Source: Mustelus asterias | Lineage: Eukaryota | NCBI RefSeq assembly: GCF_964213995.1 | Contig: NW_027590137.1 | Span: forward strand, 1-64,000 | Direction: 5' to 3' | DNA: 64,000 nt | Program-made: the position numbers and the translations under genes | In this document: positions 34,375 to 46,316 of the stretch, piece by piece | Layout of the letters: every line of letters begins with the position of its first letter | Position numbering within the stretch: position 1 is the stretch's first letter | The notes under the pieces: generated by a model | Database searches by the model: none | Told to the model about the DNA's origin: nothing | The model's input: the letters and a program-made list of their open reading frames with translations, nothing else

Positions 34375-35513
34375 GTCCTACGGACAAGCCCTCCGTATAC
34401 CACAGGATCTGCTCGGATGAGGAGGATCGCAACAGACACCTCCAGACGCTGAAAGATGCCCTCATAAGAACAGGATATGGCGCTAGACTCATTGATCAAC
34501 AGTTCCAACGCGCCACAGCGAAAAACCGCACCGACCTCCTCAGAAGACAAACACGGGACACAGTGGACAGAGTACCCTTCGTTGTCCAGTACTTCCCCGG
34601 AGCGGAGAAGCTACGGCATCTCCTCCGTAGCCTTCAACATGTCATTGATGAAGACGAACATCTCGCCAAGGCCATCCCCACACCCCCACTTCTTGCCTTC
34701 AAACAACCGCACAACCTCAAACAGACCATTTTCCGCAGCAAACTACCCAGCCTTCAGGAGAACAGTGACCAAGACACCACACAACCCTGCCACAGCAACC
34801 TCTGCAAGACGTGCCGGATCATCGACACAGATGCCATCATCTCACGTGAGAACACCATCCACCAGGTACACGGTACATACTCTTGCAACTCGGCCAACGT
34901 TGTTTACCTGATACGCTGCAGGAAAGGATGTCCCGAGGCATGGTACATTGGGGAAACTATGCAGACGCTGCGACAACGGATGAATGAACACCGCTCGACA
35001 ATCACCAGGCAAGACTGTTCTCTTCCTGTTGGGGGGCACTTCAGCGGTCACGGGCATTCGGCCTCTGATATTCGGGTAAGCGTTCTCCAAGGCGGCCTTC
35101 GCGACACACGACAGCGCAGAGTCGCTGAGCAGAAACTGATAGCCAAGTTCCGCACACACAAGGACGGCCTCAACCGGGATATTGGGTGCATGTCACACTA
35201 TTTGTAACTCCCACAGTTGCGTGGACCTGCAGAGTTTCACTGGCTGTCTTGTCTGGAGACAATACACATCTTTTTAGCCTGTCTTGATGCTCTCTCCACT
35301 CCCATTGTTTTGTTTCTTAAAGACTGGATTAGTTGTAAGTATTCGCATTCCAACCATTAATCATGTAAATTGAGTCTGTGTCTTTATAAGTTCTGTTTGT
35401 GAACAGAATTCCCACTCACCTGAAGAAGGGGCTTAGAGCCTCGAAAGCTTGTGTGGCTTTTGCTACCAAATAAACCTGTTGGACTTTAACCTGGTGTTGT
35501 TAAACTTCTTACT
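34375..35513 (+). mobile_element. Penelope-like element, 5'-truncated (RT thumb, GIY-YIG endonuclease, 3' terminal repeat)
   Basis: GQALR..RICSDEE thumb; CxxxxCxxC linker; NVVYLIRC...WYIGET...RMNEH...HF...H...E...GLNRD in ORF 34563..35207. Confidence 0.93.
35412..35456 (+). ncRNA. Minimal type I hammerhead ribozyme motif in the Penelope 3' repeat
   Basis: CAC-CUGAAGA-(A)-GGGGCU UAG AGCCUC-GAAA-GC-UU-GUG: conserved core, stem II, palindromic loopless stem III and stem I CAC/GUG. Confidence 0.72.
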
Positions 35514-38500
35514 AAATTACTGTGTCAGGCTTTGTCTCATTTTATATTATACAATGCCCAGAATCAGACAAAATTATTCTCGGCCCGGTGTCAGTTTTAT
35601 TACGTTTGATGTTCTCTCCTTTATTATGCGCTAAACCATACCGTTGGTCATTTTGCACATCATCCTCTCTCAATTATTACTTTACTCTGCATTGCCTCAC
35701 TTTTTATTCCACTGGGCTACATCTCTGTTTATATCACACTAGATCATGTCCCTATATTCTGATAGCACCTATATGAGTTTCCATTACACTCGAACCTGTC
35801 TCAGTTGAAATTATTGTGCACATTGTCTCCGCTGATATTAGAATAAATCTTGTCTTTGTTACAGCTGCATGTCTCTGTTTATATTAGACAGTACCACGCT
35901 AGTTACTAATACACTAGACCTTCTCTCAAGAATTACTGAACTGAACCCAGCCTCCATTCATACTAGTGCAGGTACCTGTATAAATAATTGTTGCACTCGG
36001 CCCTGTCTCTGTATTACTGAACAAACGCCTACCCCCAATTATTATTTAATCATACCATGTTAGATGGATTGGCCATGCGAAATTGCCCCTTACTGTCCAA
36101 AGATGTGTAGGTAACGTGGATGAGCCATCGTAAATGTGCAGGGCCATCGGGGATAGGGTAGAAGGAAGGGTAGAATGGGATAGGGTAGAAGGAAATTTGG
36201 GCCGAATGACCTGGAAGGGATGCAGAATCTATGGGCCAGATGACCTTTTTTTGAACAATAGGGATCATATGGCTCTATGTCTAAGAAATATCACATAATT
36301 TCCCTCCTTAAATATTTGTCTGCTTATTTATTTAAATTAATCTATTTTCTATTAACCCAATTTGGAGAAATAAACTTTCATTTAGCAAATTCCCTTCAAT
36401 TTTCCAGTGATAACCTTCAATCCATTTCCGTCTTCCGTGAGTGTATGAAAACCCTAAAGAATTCATGTATTCAATTGAAGAATAGGTAATACCGTAATTA
36501 TTTATTGTCAACCATTCTGTTCTGTGCTCTTGTTTACAAAATGATTTCAGACTGACTATTTTCCCAGCGTTGACTTATTTGTCTTTAGAGATCAGTTGGA
36601 AAATGAATAACTCACATGTCAAATGGCGAGGAGATTTTTTAAAAATGACCTTCTCAGTTTCTCACTGAAATTCCTGATATAAGACTCGAATATGTTCTGA
36701 TTTGTGAAAATGATGCCGAAAATGAACCTGGATTATAGAGCCGACAGGAGATAATTATAAGTTTAATTCTTAGTCCTCTTATTCCTATTGATGCAAAGGA
36801 TGGAAACATCTGCTGCTCTCCAGAGAAGGAGCAATATTTCTGTGTAACCGTTACCTTCACCAATTCCATGGTAACCAACCTAAATATTTTCTACTGGGTA
36901 TAGGTTGTACAATCTCGGTAATACGATGAATCAGGATCAGGTGTATCATAAGGGTGTTCAGACCTTGTGTGGTATAAACAGTGATACGGGCTGGTGAACA
37001 TGGATCGCAGTGGTTCAAGATGGCAGCTCATCACCACTTTTTCAGGGGCAATTAGAGAAGGGCAACAGATGCCAGTGATGCCCAAATCCCATAAATGATT
37101 AAAAATTATTCAGGAACAACAGACAGAATCTAATCTAATATAGACAGATATGCTAGCGCAATGATGACATAAACTGACCGGGAATAAGAGAGACAGAACA
37201 TGATATAACATTTAAATAAACATTTTTGACCGTGTGATCTTTCTCGAAAAAAGTAATTTGTCCAATAATAACCGGCAGGTGTCAAATGAAACAAAATCAG
37301 ATATAGGTTCTAATTCACAACTGATTGGCTAACGGTTTCCAGAAATAATCATGGAGAATTAGAATATTATAATTTGAATGACCGGCTCCAGTGTATCACT
37401 AACAGAGACAGCTGGGCCCGGAGTCGGACTGGGAACTGATATAAGGAAGCAATCATTTCTAGGGCCTTAGCGCAGGTTTCTTTGTCATGACGAGTCTCGT
37501 AGGGATTTGTGTGGCAAACACGGATTGAAAACCCGATGACGACCGCAGGAGTGACTGACTCGACCTGACTAAGAGCTGTTATTCCCAAGGGGGACAATCG
37601 TGGCGGGCTCCATAAATTTCTGTTATCTGAGGTAACAATGGTGAATCTGTCAGAGGAACAGAAAGTAATCTGTTTCTTCTCTTTCCTACAAACAGTTCCA
37701 CATTTACAGACAGAATTAGGACATACGATGACTGAAAAGTCTAAATATGAAAACTTCATTGGAGGAAAAAAGAACAGTGCAATAAATATTAAGGGTAATT
37801 GTGCTTTTCCTAAACAATCGATCCGATGCTAATTTGTTCAAAGTGATACTCTTATCTTAAAACAAGACGAAAGCTGTATAAATATTGCATTCTATTGAGT
37901 CTCAATGAAGGGCAGGGAGAGACACAAAAAGGATGCGAGGACAATTACATAGATGAACCATTAAACTGGTCCCATTCTTGAAAATCCTTCAAATTTTAAC
38001 CCCATGAAGGATATATCTTATTTATTTTCTAAAGTTACTGTGAAATCTGATTCGATCACCCTTTCAAGCTGTTCATTCCAGTTCATAACAACTCTTGTGT
38101 AAAAGTAAACAATTATATTTCTGTCTCCCTGCTCAATAAAATAAATCTGTGCCCATTGGTTGCTGACCGTCCTCCCAATTGAAAGATTCTCTCTTTAATT
38201 ACCCCACTCAAAACTTCATGATTATGAATATTAATAAAAGTGTTCAAAAGATAGGAGATAGACAGAGACACCGGGAGAGTTAGCAGAAAGAAAAACAGGT
38301 TGCTGACGATAAAAGCTGAGGAACAAAAAATAAAAAGCAGATGGAGAGAAAATGATCAAACAATGCGAGATAACAGCTATCATTCCCTTCCTTCACGGAA
38401 CCCGGGGGAGCTCAGTGACTAATCCACTGACCATCGAGTTATGTCCGGGAATGGAAACTCTAAGCAGATCACACCAGGCTCATTTGTAAATATCACCGCA

Positions 38501-40179
38501 ATGTGATCTGTGTGACTCTGCCCTGACTCTGTGTACAGATAAAGGCCATATTGACAGATGTTCTCACCAGATTGTGGTCCATGGATTTATTTTCTGCTCA
38601 GAAGTGAGATGTGCGGTTTGGAACCGGCAGCAGAGAAACAGGAAGTTGTGTTACCTGAGAGTGAAACAACCGGGGCCAGTTTGATGTTATCACCGTGAAC
38701 AGTCTTCCTGCCTGTGAGGGTGAACTCACTCTGACAGCATCAAGAACAACCACACAGATTGCTGCCGGTCTCAGCATTGTATCCACTTTCATTGCCATTT
38801 TAATGAATCAAGAAAATGATCATATTTGGAGTTTAAATAGATTAATTGAAGTGAAGATGGATCGAAGATTATCACTGAGAGTAAAGAGGGAAAATTAAAG
38901 CAACATTTTATTTTCCCGCAGAGGTGTTCTAAAATATAAAGTTTAAGTGTGTTATGTGCTGTGTGAGAGAAATCGAGGAGAGAGGTTAAGTGAGTGAACT
39001 GGTTTGTTTCCGGCACTGAATTTTCCTCTCATGAGATTTTTGTGCTTTATCTTTTCAATCACAAGGTGCCTTAAGCAAAAGAAATAAACACCTTTTAGTC
39101 GCCAGATCCGTCTCCTGGGTACCTGTGTAAGTGAGTTAATGGAGACTGAGAGAGAAGAAAAGTTACCTGATTTAGGTGCAGCCTGAGCCTGAGGCTGAGA
39201 AAGAGAGGAGAGAAGTTCAGTGAGTCATTTGAAAGATGCAGTGCCTTGGCAGCCGAATGGCCAGCTCTGCATCACATTCAAGAGCGTCCAGGGCAATTCA
39301 TTCACTTTAGGCATTGACTGAGAGATAGAATGTGTAAGTAAATACTGAATAAATTACCATATGATGTTTAAAAGTAATCGCAATTATTTACACAGTGGTT
39401 AGCAGTGGTACCTCACACTGTTACGGACACAGGTTCCATTTAAGCCTTGTGTAACTGTGGTGTTTGCACATTCACCCCGTGTGTGCGTGGGTTTCCTCCA
39501 GCTTTACCGCTTTCCTCCTATAGTCCAAAGATGTACAGGTTAGTTGGAGTGGCCATGCTGAATTGCCCTTTAGTGTCTATTTGCAGTGCAACGTAGCATA
39601 CGTTTATTATGTTCCTCAATCGCTTTTGAACAAGCGGATGTTACAAGTTTCATTCCAAGCTTTCTACAAAATATTGCAGACAATACGAGAGCAATTAGAT
39701 ATTCTCCGCAACACCTAATAGTTATTAACAAGACGAAACGCATTCTTCGAACCCCATTCATCGACACAATATATTACATTTTTTAAGCTAATATCCATCT
39801 TTTCATCTCGCTTGGCACTTCTTTCTTTCCATCTGTGAGACGCATTTTATGGAAAACCAATTGCTGAGACAGTGTTGGCTTTATTATTAGGACCCAAAGT
39901 AATACAAAATGAGGCACGGATGCGTTCAGTAGTGCATGACATAGGGCCGAGCACAATGTATCTGAGATGGAGACGAATGTAACAGAAATGGCCTCTTGAC
40001 TGAACAAAAGTTCAGAAATGATGATTTGTAGCATTTATCACGGTATGTCTTCATGTAATAATAAATGAAGCGGCATATTATGTATTGTAAACATATATAA
40101 GATCTATTGCAATAATGATTCAAATGAGTCACATGCAGTATATAAAGAGGCATGGCCTAGGCATTGCTGTAGACGACTG

Positions 40180-40323
40180 NNNNNNNNNNNNNNNNNNNNN
40201 NNNNNNNNNNNNNNNNNNNNNNNNNNNNNNNNNNNNNNNNNNNNNNNNNNNNNNNNNNNNNNNNNNNNNNNNNNNNNNNNNNNNNNNNNNNNNNNNNNNN
40301 NNNNNNNNNNNNNNNNNNNNNNN
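40180..40323. other. Assembly gap (144 N)
   Basis: Run of n. Confidence 1.
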
Positions 40324-41584
40324 ATTCCACTTATGATGAATGATCTGCTGAGTGTTTCTGGCATTTTTTTTCTAGATCCCATGAATCCACAGCATCTTGT
40401 TTTTGAGCAACGAGATATTTGAACAGATTACTGAAAGGATGGCCAATAAAGGGACAGCTTTATGGATTGATTTTGACGAGGAAAGTAAGATAAGGAGATT
40501 TAGCGAGGGAATAACAAAGCTTCGGGCCTAGACAGATGAACACATCCCAAACTGAAAAATAGTTTCGAAGATAACAATACAAATTGCAGAAAATATATTT
40601 TAAAAATTCTATTCAAACATAACGTAACTGTGAACACTTGATCTGTGGCTATTTCGTTTTATTTCTCTCTGAAACAGATGAGCAATTAATGATTGGATAC
40701 ATTTAGCCTGTGGGAGCCCATCTGGCGATATTGCGTGTACACAATTCTGTTTCATAGTCAGTGTATCAGTTGAAGCTATAAATAAGACAGGTGAATCAAT
40801 CTTTATCGCTAAAGTCTGTGTCAAATTGACACAATGCAGCACAATATTCAACTAATAAAATGCATCACAATGGAGGTTGCTTGAAGGTATTGCAACGAAC
40901 ACTGCACGTATGTTCAAATATTGACTTGTCTCCCAATGTCAGTGAATCACTGAGAAATTGTTATAACGTTCACGCTAAATATTACCCACACGATAGCAGA
41001 GCAATTAGACGTTTATCACATTTACTTACAGATATTAGTAAAACATAAACCTACTCTTCCAGACAAGAATGATTGATATCGGACAGGCACATCCATATTA
41101 TATCGTGATTGACAATATCTCGACAGGCAACATATTCATAGTCGCATGTTGGATTAATAGAGATAGCCTCTGATGTAATGTAAAGAGACAAATCCTGTTT
41201 AACATAAAAATAGATGGGACCCAATGTAATATAATCAAATCCGTGGTCTACTCTCGGACTAATTGAGAGGATCGAATGCAGCATAAATAGAGAGATGGCT
41301 CCGTGTAGCATAACGAGAGAAATGACTGGATGCGTATAAAGAGAAACAGTGTCTACTGTCATATAATTAATGACAGGTTATGGTACAACATAAATAGAAT
41401 TATGCACTGGTGTAATGTAAGCAAGTGCCTTCTGTATACTGGTCCTCTTGCCAGTGGATAACAGTTTCTTCCAAATGAGTAAAACATTTCCCAAACATAA
41501 CTTTGAATTTCTGTACTAAATCTCCCATAACCTGCTCGATTCTAAAGGAAACAAACTCAAAGCTCAGCTGTTCTGATAGTGCAG

Positions 41585-42750
41585 CGCACGGTGGCAAAGT
41601 GATTAGCCCTGCTGCCTCACAGAGCCAAGGATTCGGGTTCGTTTCCCGGCTTGGGTCACTGTCTGTGTGGGGTTTGCACATTCTCCCCGTGTCTGGGTGG
41701 GTTTTTTCCGGTTTCCTCCCACAGTGCAAAGATGTGTGGGTTAGGTGGATTGGTGTTAAAGAACAAAGAAAATTACAGCACAGGAGCAAGCCCTTCGGCC
41801 CTTCAAGCCTGCACCAACCATGCTGCCCAACTGAACTAAAGCCCCCGACCCTTCCGGGGACCATATCCCTCTATTCCCATCCTATTCATGTACTTGTCAA
41901 GAAGCCCCTTAAAAGTCACTACCGTGTCCGCTTCCACTACCTCCCCCGGAAACAACTTCCAGGCACCACTACTCTGTGTAAAAAATCTGCCTCGTACATC
42001 TCCTTTAATCCTTGCCCCTTTCACCTTAAACCCTGGTAATCGACTCATCCACCCTGGGAAAAAGTTTCTGACTATCAACTCTATCCATGCCTCTTATAAT
42101 CTTGTAGACTTCAATCAGGTCTCCCCTCAACCTCCGTCGCTCCAGTGAGAACAAACCAAGTTTCTCCAACCTCGCCTCATAGCTCATGCCCTCCATACCA
42201 GGCAACATCCTGGGAAATCTTTTCTGTACCCTCTCCAAAGCCTCCACATCCTTCTGGTAGTGTGGTGACCAGAATTGAACACTACATTCCAAGTGCGATC
42301 TAACTAAGGTTCTATAAAGCTGCAACATGACTTGCCCATTTTTAAACTCAATACCTCGGCTGATGAAGGCAAGCATGCCGTATGCCTTCTTGACTACCTT
42401 CTCCACCTGCATTGCGACTTTCAGTGACCTTTGTACCTGTACACCCAGATCCCTATGTCTATCAATACTCTTAAGGGTTCTGCCATTTACTGTATATTTC
42501 CTGTCTCTATTGGACCTTTCAAAATGCATTACCTCATATTTGTCCGGATTAAACTCCATCTGCCATCTTTCCGCCCAAGTCTCCAACTAATCTGTATCCT
42601 GCTGCATCCCCGGATGGTTAAATTGTCTCTTAGTTCAGAAGGGCTAGTTAGGGTAAATGCATGGGGTCATGGGGATAGGGCTGAGTGGGATTGTGGTCGG
42701 TGCAGGCTCGATGGGCTGAATGGCGTCCTTCCACACTGTAGGATTCTGTG
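41585..42750 (+). mobile_element. SINE split by a CR1 insertion (pieces 41585-~41757 and ~42615-42750)
   Basis: SINE head and V-domain lie before the CR1 and the SINE 3' part after it; gttaaa at both junctions. Confidence 0.8.
41758..42610 (-). mobile_element. CR1 3' fragment
   Basis: ORF 42026..42586 WAERWQMEFNPDK...LFSLERRRLRGDL. Confidence 0.94.
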
Positions 42751-43767
42751 ATCAACGTTAAGCTCTATAACACCTTCTACCTCACGTGTTTTGCGATGTC
42801 AGTTTAGGAATTGATGGAACTTTTACATGGATTCCCATTCGTCATTGCCATTCTGTTAAAATAAGATTCAAGGCGAGGAGAAGAGTTGCTTCTGACAATT
42901 AAATGCCAGGCAACATACACATGATCGTGCGTTGAATTAACAGAGACAGTCTCTGATGCAATGTAAAGAGACAAATCCTGTGTAATATAAAAGGAGATGG
43001 GATCAGATGTAATATAATCAGATCCGTGGTCTACTCTAGTAATAATTGAGCGGACCAACTGTAGCATAAATAGAGAGATGGCCTAATGTAGCATAACGAG
43101 AGAAACGACCGAATGTATCAATGTATAATGTATAAATGTATCGTATAATATTGGACACAGATCTCAGCCTTTAGGCGCACTGAGCTAAATGTCATCATGT
43201 CAAGACACAAACTGTGGTCAGTTAACAGTCTAATCTCAGTGAAAACAACATAATTTTTGAGTCAAATGGTAATGTGTTCAATTCCCACAACATCCACCTG
43301 AGCACGTGATCCAACCTGTGACTCAGTGCTGAATGTTCAGTTATTCCATTATTAGAAGTGATGATATTCCTGCCTGCGGGGTAGTATAGCAATGTCATTA
43401 TTAAGCTAGCATTCCAGAACCTTGAGGTAAATGCTCTGGGACAGTAATTCCAATTCCCCAGAGCATTTACCTCAAGGTTCCCCCAGGTGGGGAATTTCAA
43501 TTCAATTAATTGATTAAGCTGAAACAAACATCGTGTGCAATTAAAGTTTAAAGGTTTAAAGTTTATTTCTTAGTCACATGTAGGCTTACATTCACACTGT
43601 CATGAAGTTACTGTGAACATCATACTTCGTCAAAGCTCATCTTCTTCTCGAATGTCTTTCACGAGAGGAAATTTTATTTCTTTGTTCTAAAATATGTAAA
43701 ATTTACCAGAAGAAGCAACAAGCCTGAGGTTTAGAACCGTTTTAGAATTCAACAAAAGAAGACCAAA

Positions 43768-46316
43768 GCTATAAACAAGCAGATAAGGGATGCGTGTAAA
43801 AACGGAACGGCAATAATCATGGGGGACTTCAACATGCACATTGACTGGCAGACTCAAGTCGGTAAGGGTGGAATGGAGGAAGAGTTCTTAGAATGCTGTC
43901 GGGATAGTTTCCTTGAACAGCATGTTACGGAACCGACGAGGGAACGAGCTATTTTGGATCTGGTATTGTGTAACGAGGTAGGTAGAATTAAGGATCTTAT
44001 TGTGAAGGACCCTCTTGGGTCTAGTGACCACAATATGGTCGAATTTCTGATTCAGATGGAAGAGGAGAAAGTTTGGTCCCAAACCAGTGTCCTCTGTTTG
44101 AACAGAGGGAAATATGATAGGATGAGGGATGAATTGGCTAAGGTAGACTGGGAGAGCAGGCTGGCAGGTAGGATAGCTGAGGAACAGTGGAGGATTTTTA
44201 AGGAGATCCTTTTCAGTTCTCAGCAAAAATATATTCCAGCAAAAAACAAGGATTGTAAGAAAAGGGAGAACCAGCCGTGGATAACGAAGGAAATAAAGGA
44301 GAGTATTAAAATAAAAACAGCTGCGTACAGAGTGGCCAAAAATAGTGGAGAAACAAGTGATTGGGAAAAATTTAAGAAACAACAAAGAGAGACTAAGAAA
44401 GCGATAAAGAAAGGAAGGATAGACTATGAAGCTAGGCTAGCAATTAATATAAAAAATGATAGTAAAAGTTTTTATAAATATATAAAAAGGAATAGAGTGG
44501 CTAGAGTGAATGTTGGACCCTTGGAGGACGAGAGGGGGGAGTTAATAGTGGGAAATGAGGATATGGCTGAGTCTTTAAATAAGCTTTTTGTGTCGGTTTT
44601 CACGGCGGAGGACACAAATAGTTTGCCAAATATTAACGATAGAGGGTTGGCAGCAGGAGAAATACTTAATACAATTAATGTTACCAGAGAGGCAGTGCTG
44701 GGTAGACTAATGGGACTGAAGGTGGACAAGTCCCCGGGTCCGGATGGAATGCATCCCAGGGTATTGAAAGAAATGTCAGAGGTAATAGTGGAGGCGTTAG
44801 TGATTATTTATCAAAACTCGTTGCATTCTGGGGTAGTGCCGGTTGATTGGAAAACGGCTAATGTTACGCCGCTGTTTAAAAAAGGAAGGAGACAAAAGGC
44901 GGGTAACTATAGGCCGGTCAGCTTAACGTCTGTAGTAGGGAAAATGCTGGAATCCATTATTAAAGAGGAGATAGCAGGGCATCTGGATAGAAATGGTTCG
45001 ATCAATCAGACGCAGCATGGATTCATGAGGGGAAAGTCGTGCTTGACGAACATGTTGGATTTTTATGAAGATGTGACGAGGGCGGTTGATGGAGGAGAAC
45101 CGGTGGATGCGGTGTTTTTGGATTTCCAAAAGGCGTTTGATAAGGTGCCCCATAAAAGGCTGCTGAAGAAGATTAGGGCACACGGAGTTGGGGGTAGTGT
45201 GTTAAAGTGGATTGGGGACTGGCTATCCGACAGGAAGCAAAGAGTCGGAATAAATGGGTGTTTTTCCGGTTGGAGGAAGGTAACTAGTGGCGTGCCGCAG
45301 GGATCGGTACTCGGGCCGCAACTGTTTACCATTTATATAGATGATCTGGAGGAGGGGACGGAGTGTAGGGTAACGAAGTTTGCAGACGACACAAAGATAA
45401 GTGGAAAAGTGAATCGTGTGGAGGACGGAGAAGATCTGCAGAGAGATTTGGACAGGCTGAGTGAGTGGGCGAGGATATGGCAAATGAAGTATAACGTTGA
45501 GAAATGCGAGGTTATACACTTTGGAGGAAATAATACCAAATGGGATTACTATCTCAATGGAAACAAATTAAAATATGCTACCGTGCAAAGGGACCTGGGG
45601 GTCCTTGTGCATGAGACGCAAAAGCCCAGTCTGCAGGTACAACAGGTGATCAAGAAGGCAAATGGGATGTTGGCCTATATTGCGAGGGGGATAGAATATA
45701 AAAGCAGGGATGTCTTGATGCACCTGTACAGGGCATTGGTGAGGCCGCAGCTGGAATACTGTGTGCAGTATTGGTCCCCTTATATGAGGAAGGATATATT
45801 GGCATTGGAGGGAGTGCAGAGACGGTTCACCAGGTTGATACCGGAGAGGAGGGGTTTGGATTATGAGGAGAGGCTGAGGAGATTGGGTTTGTACTCGTTG
45901 GAGTTTAGAAGGATGAGGGGGGATCTTATGGAGACTTATAAGATAATGCGGGGGCTGGATAGGGTGGAGGCGGAGAGATTCTTTCCACTTAGTAAGGAAG
46001 TTAAAACTAGAGGACACAGCCTCAAAATAAAGGGGGGTCGGTTTAAGACAGAGTTGAGGAGGAACTTCTTCTCCCAGAGGGTGGTGAATCTCTGGAATTC
46101 TCTGCCCACTGAGGTGGTGGAGGCTACCTCGCTGAATATGTTTAAAGCGCGGATGGATGGATTCCTGATCGGTAAGGGAATTAAGGGTTATGGGGATCAG
46201 GCGGGTAAGTGGTACTGATCCACGTCAGATCAGCCATGATCTTATTGAATGGCGGGGCAGGCTCGAGGGGCTAGATGGCCTACTCCTGCTCCTATTTCTT
46301 ATGTTCTTATGTTCTT
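43768..46316 (+). mobile_element. Young 5'-truncated CR1 LINE nested in an older CR1
   Basis: Uninterrupted ORF2, 3'UTR and (ttcttatg)n tail. Confidence 0.96.
43819..46218 (+). CDS. CR1 ORF2 (C-terminal part of the APE endonuclease plus complete RT), 799 aa open; N-terminus missing
   Basis: GDFN, ILDL and SDH endonuclease motifs; KSPGPDG, NYRPVSL, QHGF, DFQKAFD, GVPQGSVLGP and FADD RT motifs. Confidence 0.93.
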   Translation: MGDFNMHIDWQTQVGKGGMEEEFLECCRDSFLEQHVTEPTRERAILDLVLCNEVGRIKDLIVKDPLGSSDHNMVEFLIQMEEEKVWSQTSVLCLNRGKYDRMRDELAKVDWESRLAGRIAEEQWRIFKEILFSSQQKYIPAKNKDCKKRENQPWITKEIKESIKIKTAAYRVAKNSGETSDWEKFKKQQRETKKAIKKGRIDYEARLAINIKNDSKSFYKYIKRNRVARVNVGPLEDERGELIVGNEDMAESLNKLFVSVFTAEDTNSLPNINDRGLAAGEILNTINVTREAVLGRLMGLKVDKSPGPDGMHPRVLKEMSEVIVEALVIIYQNSLHSGVVPVDWKTANVTPLFKKGRRQKAGNYRPVSLTSVVGKMLESIIKEEIAGHLDRNGSINQTQHGFMRGKSCLTNMLDFYEDVTRAVDGGEPVDAVFLDFQKAFDKVPHKRLLKKIRAHGVGGSVLKWIGDWLSDRKQRVGINGCFSGWRKVTSGVPQGSVLGPQLFTIYIDDLEEGTECRVTKFADDTKISGKVNRVEDGEDLQRDLDRLSEWARIWQMKYNVEKCEVIHFGGNNTKWDYYLNGNKLKYATVQRDLGVLVHETQKPSLQVQQVIKKANGMLAYIARGIEYKSRDVLMHLYRALVRPQLEYCVQYWSPYMRKDILALEGVQRRFTRLIPERRGLDYEERLRRLGLYSLEFRRMRGDLMETYKIMRGLDRVEAERFFPLSKEVKTRGHSLKIKGGRFKTELRRNFFSQRVVNLWNSLPTEVVEATSLNMFKARMDGFLIGKGIKGYGDQAGKWY

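Noticed and set aside
40104-40382. ORFs spanning the N run
   Set aside because: Artefacts of the assembly gap.
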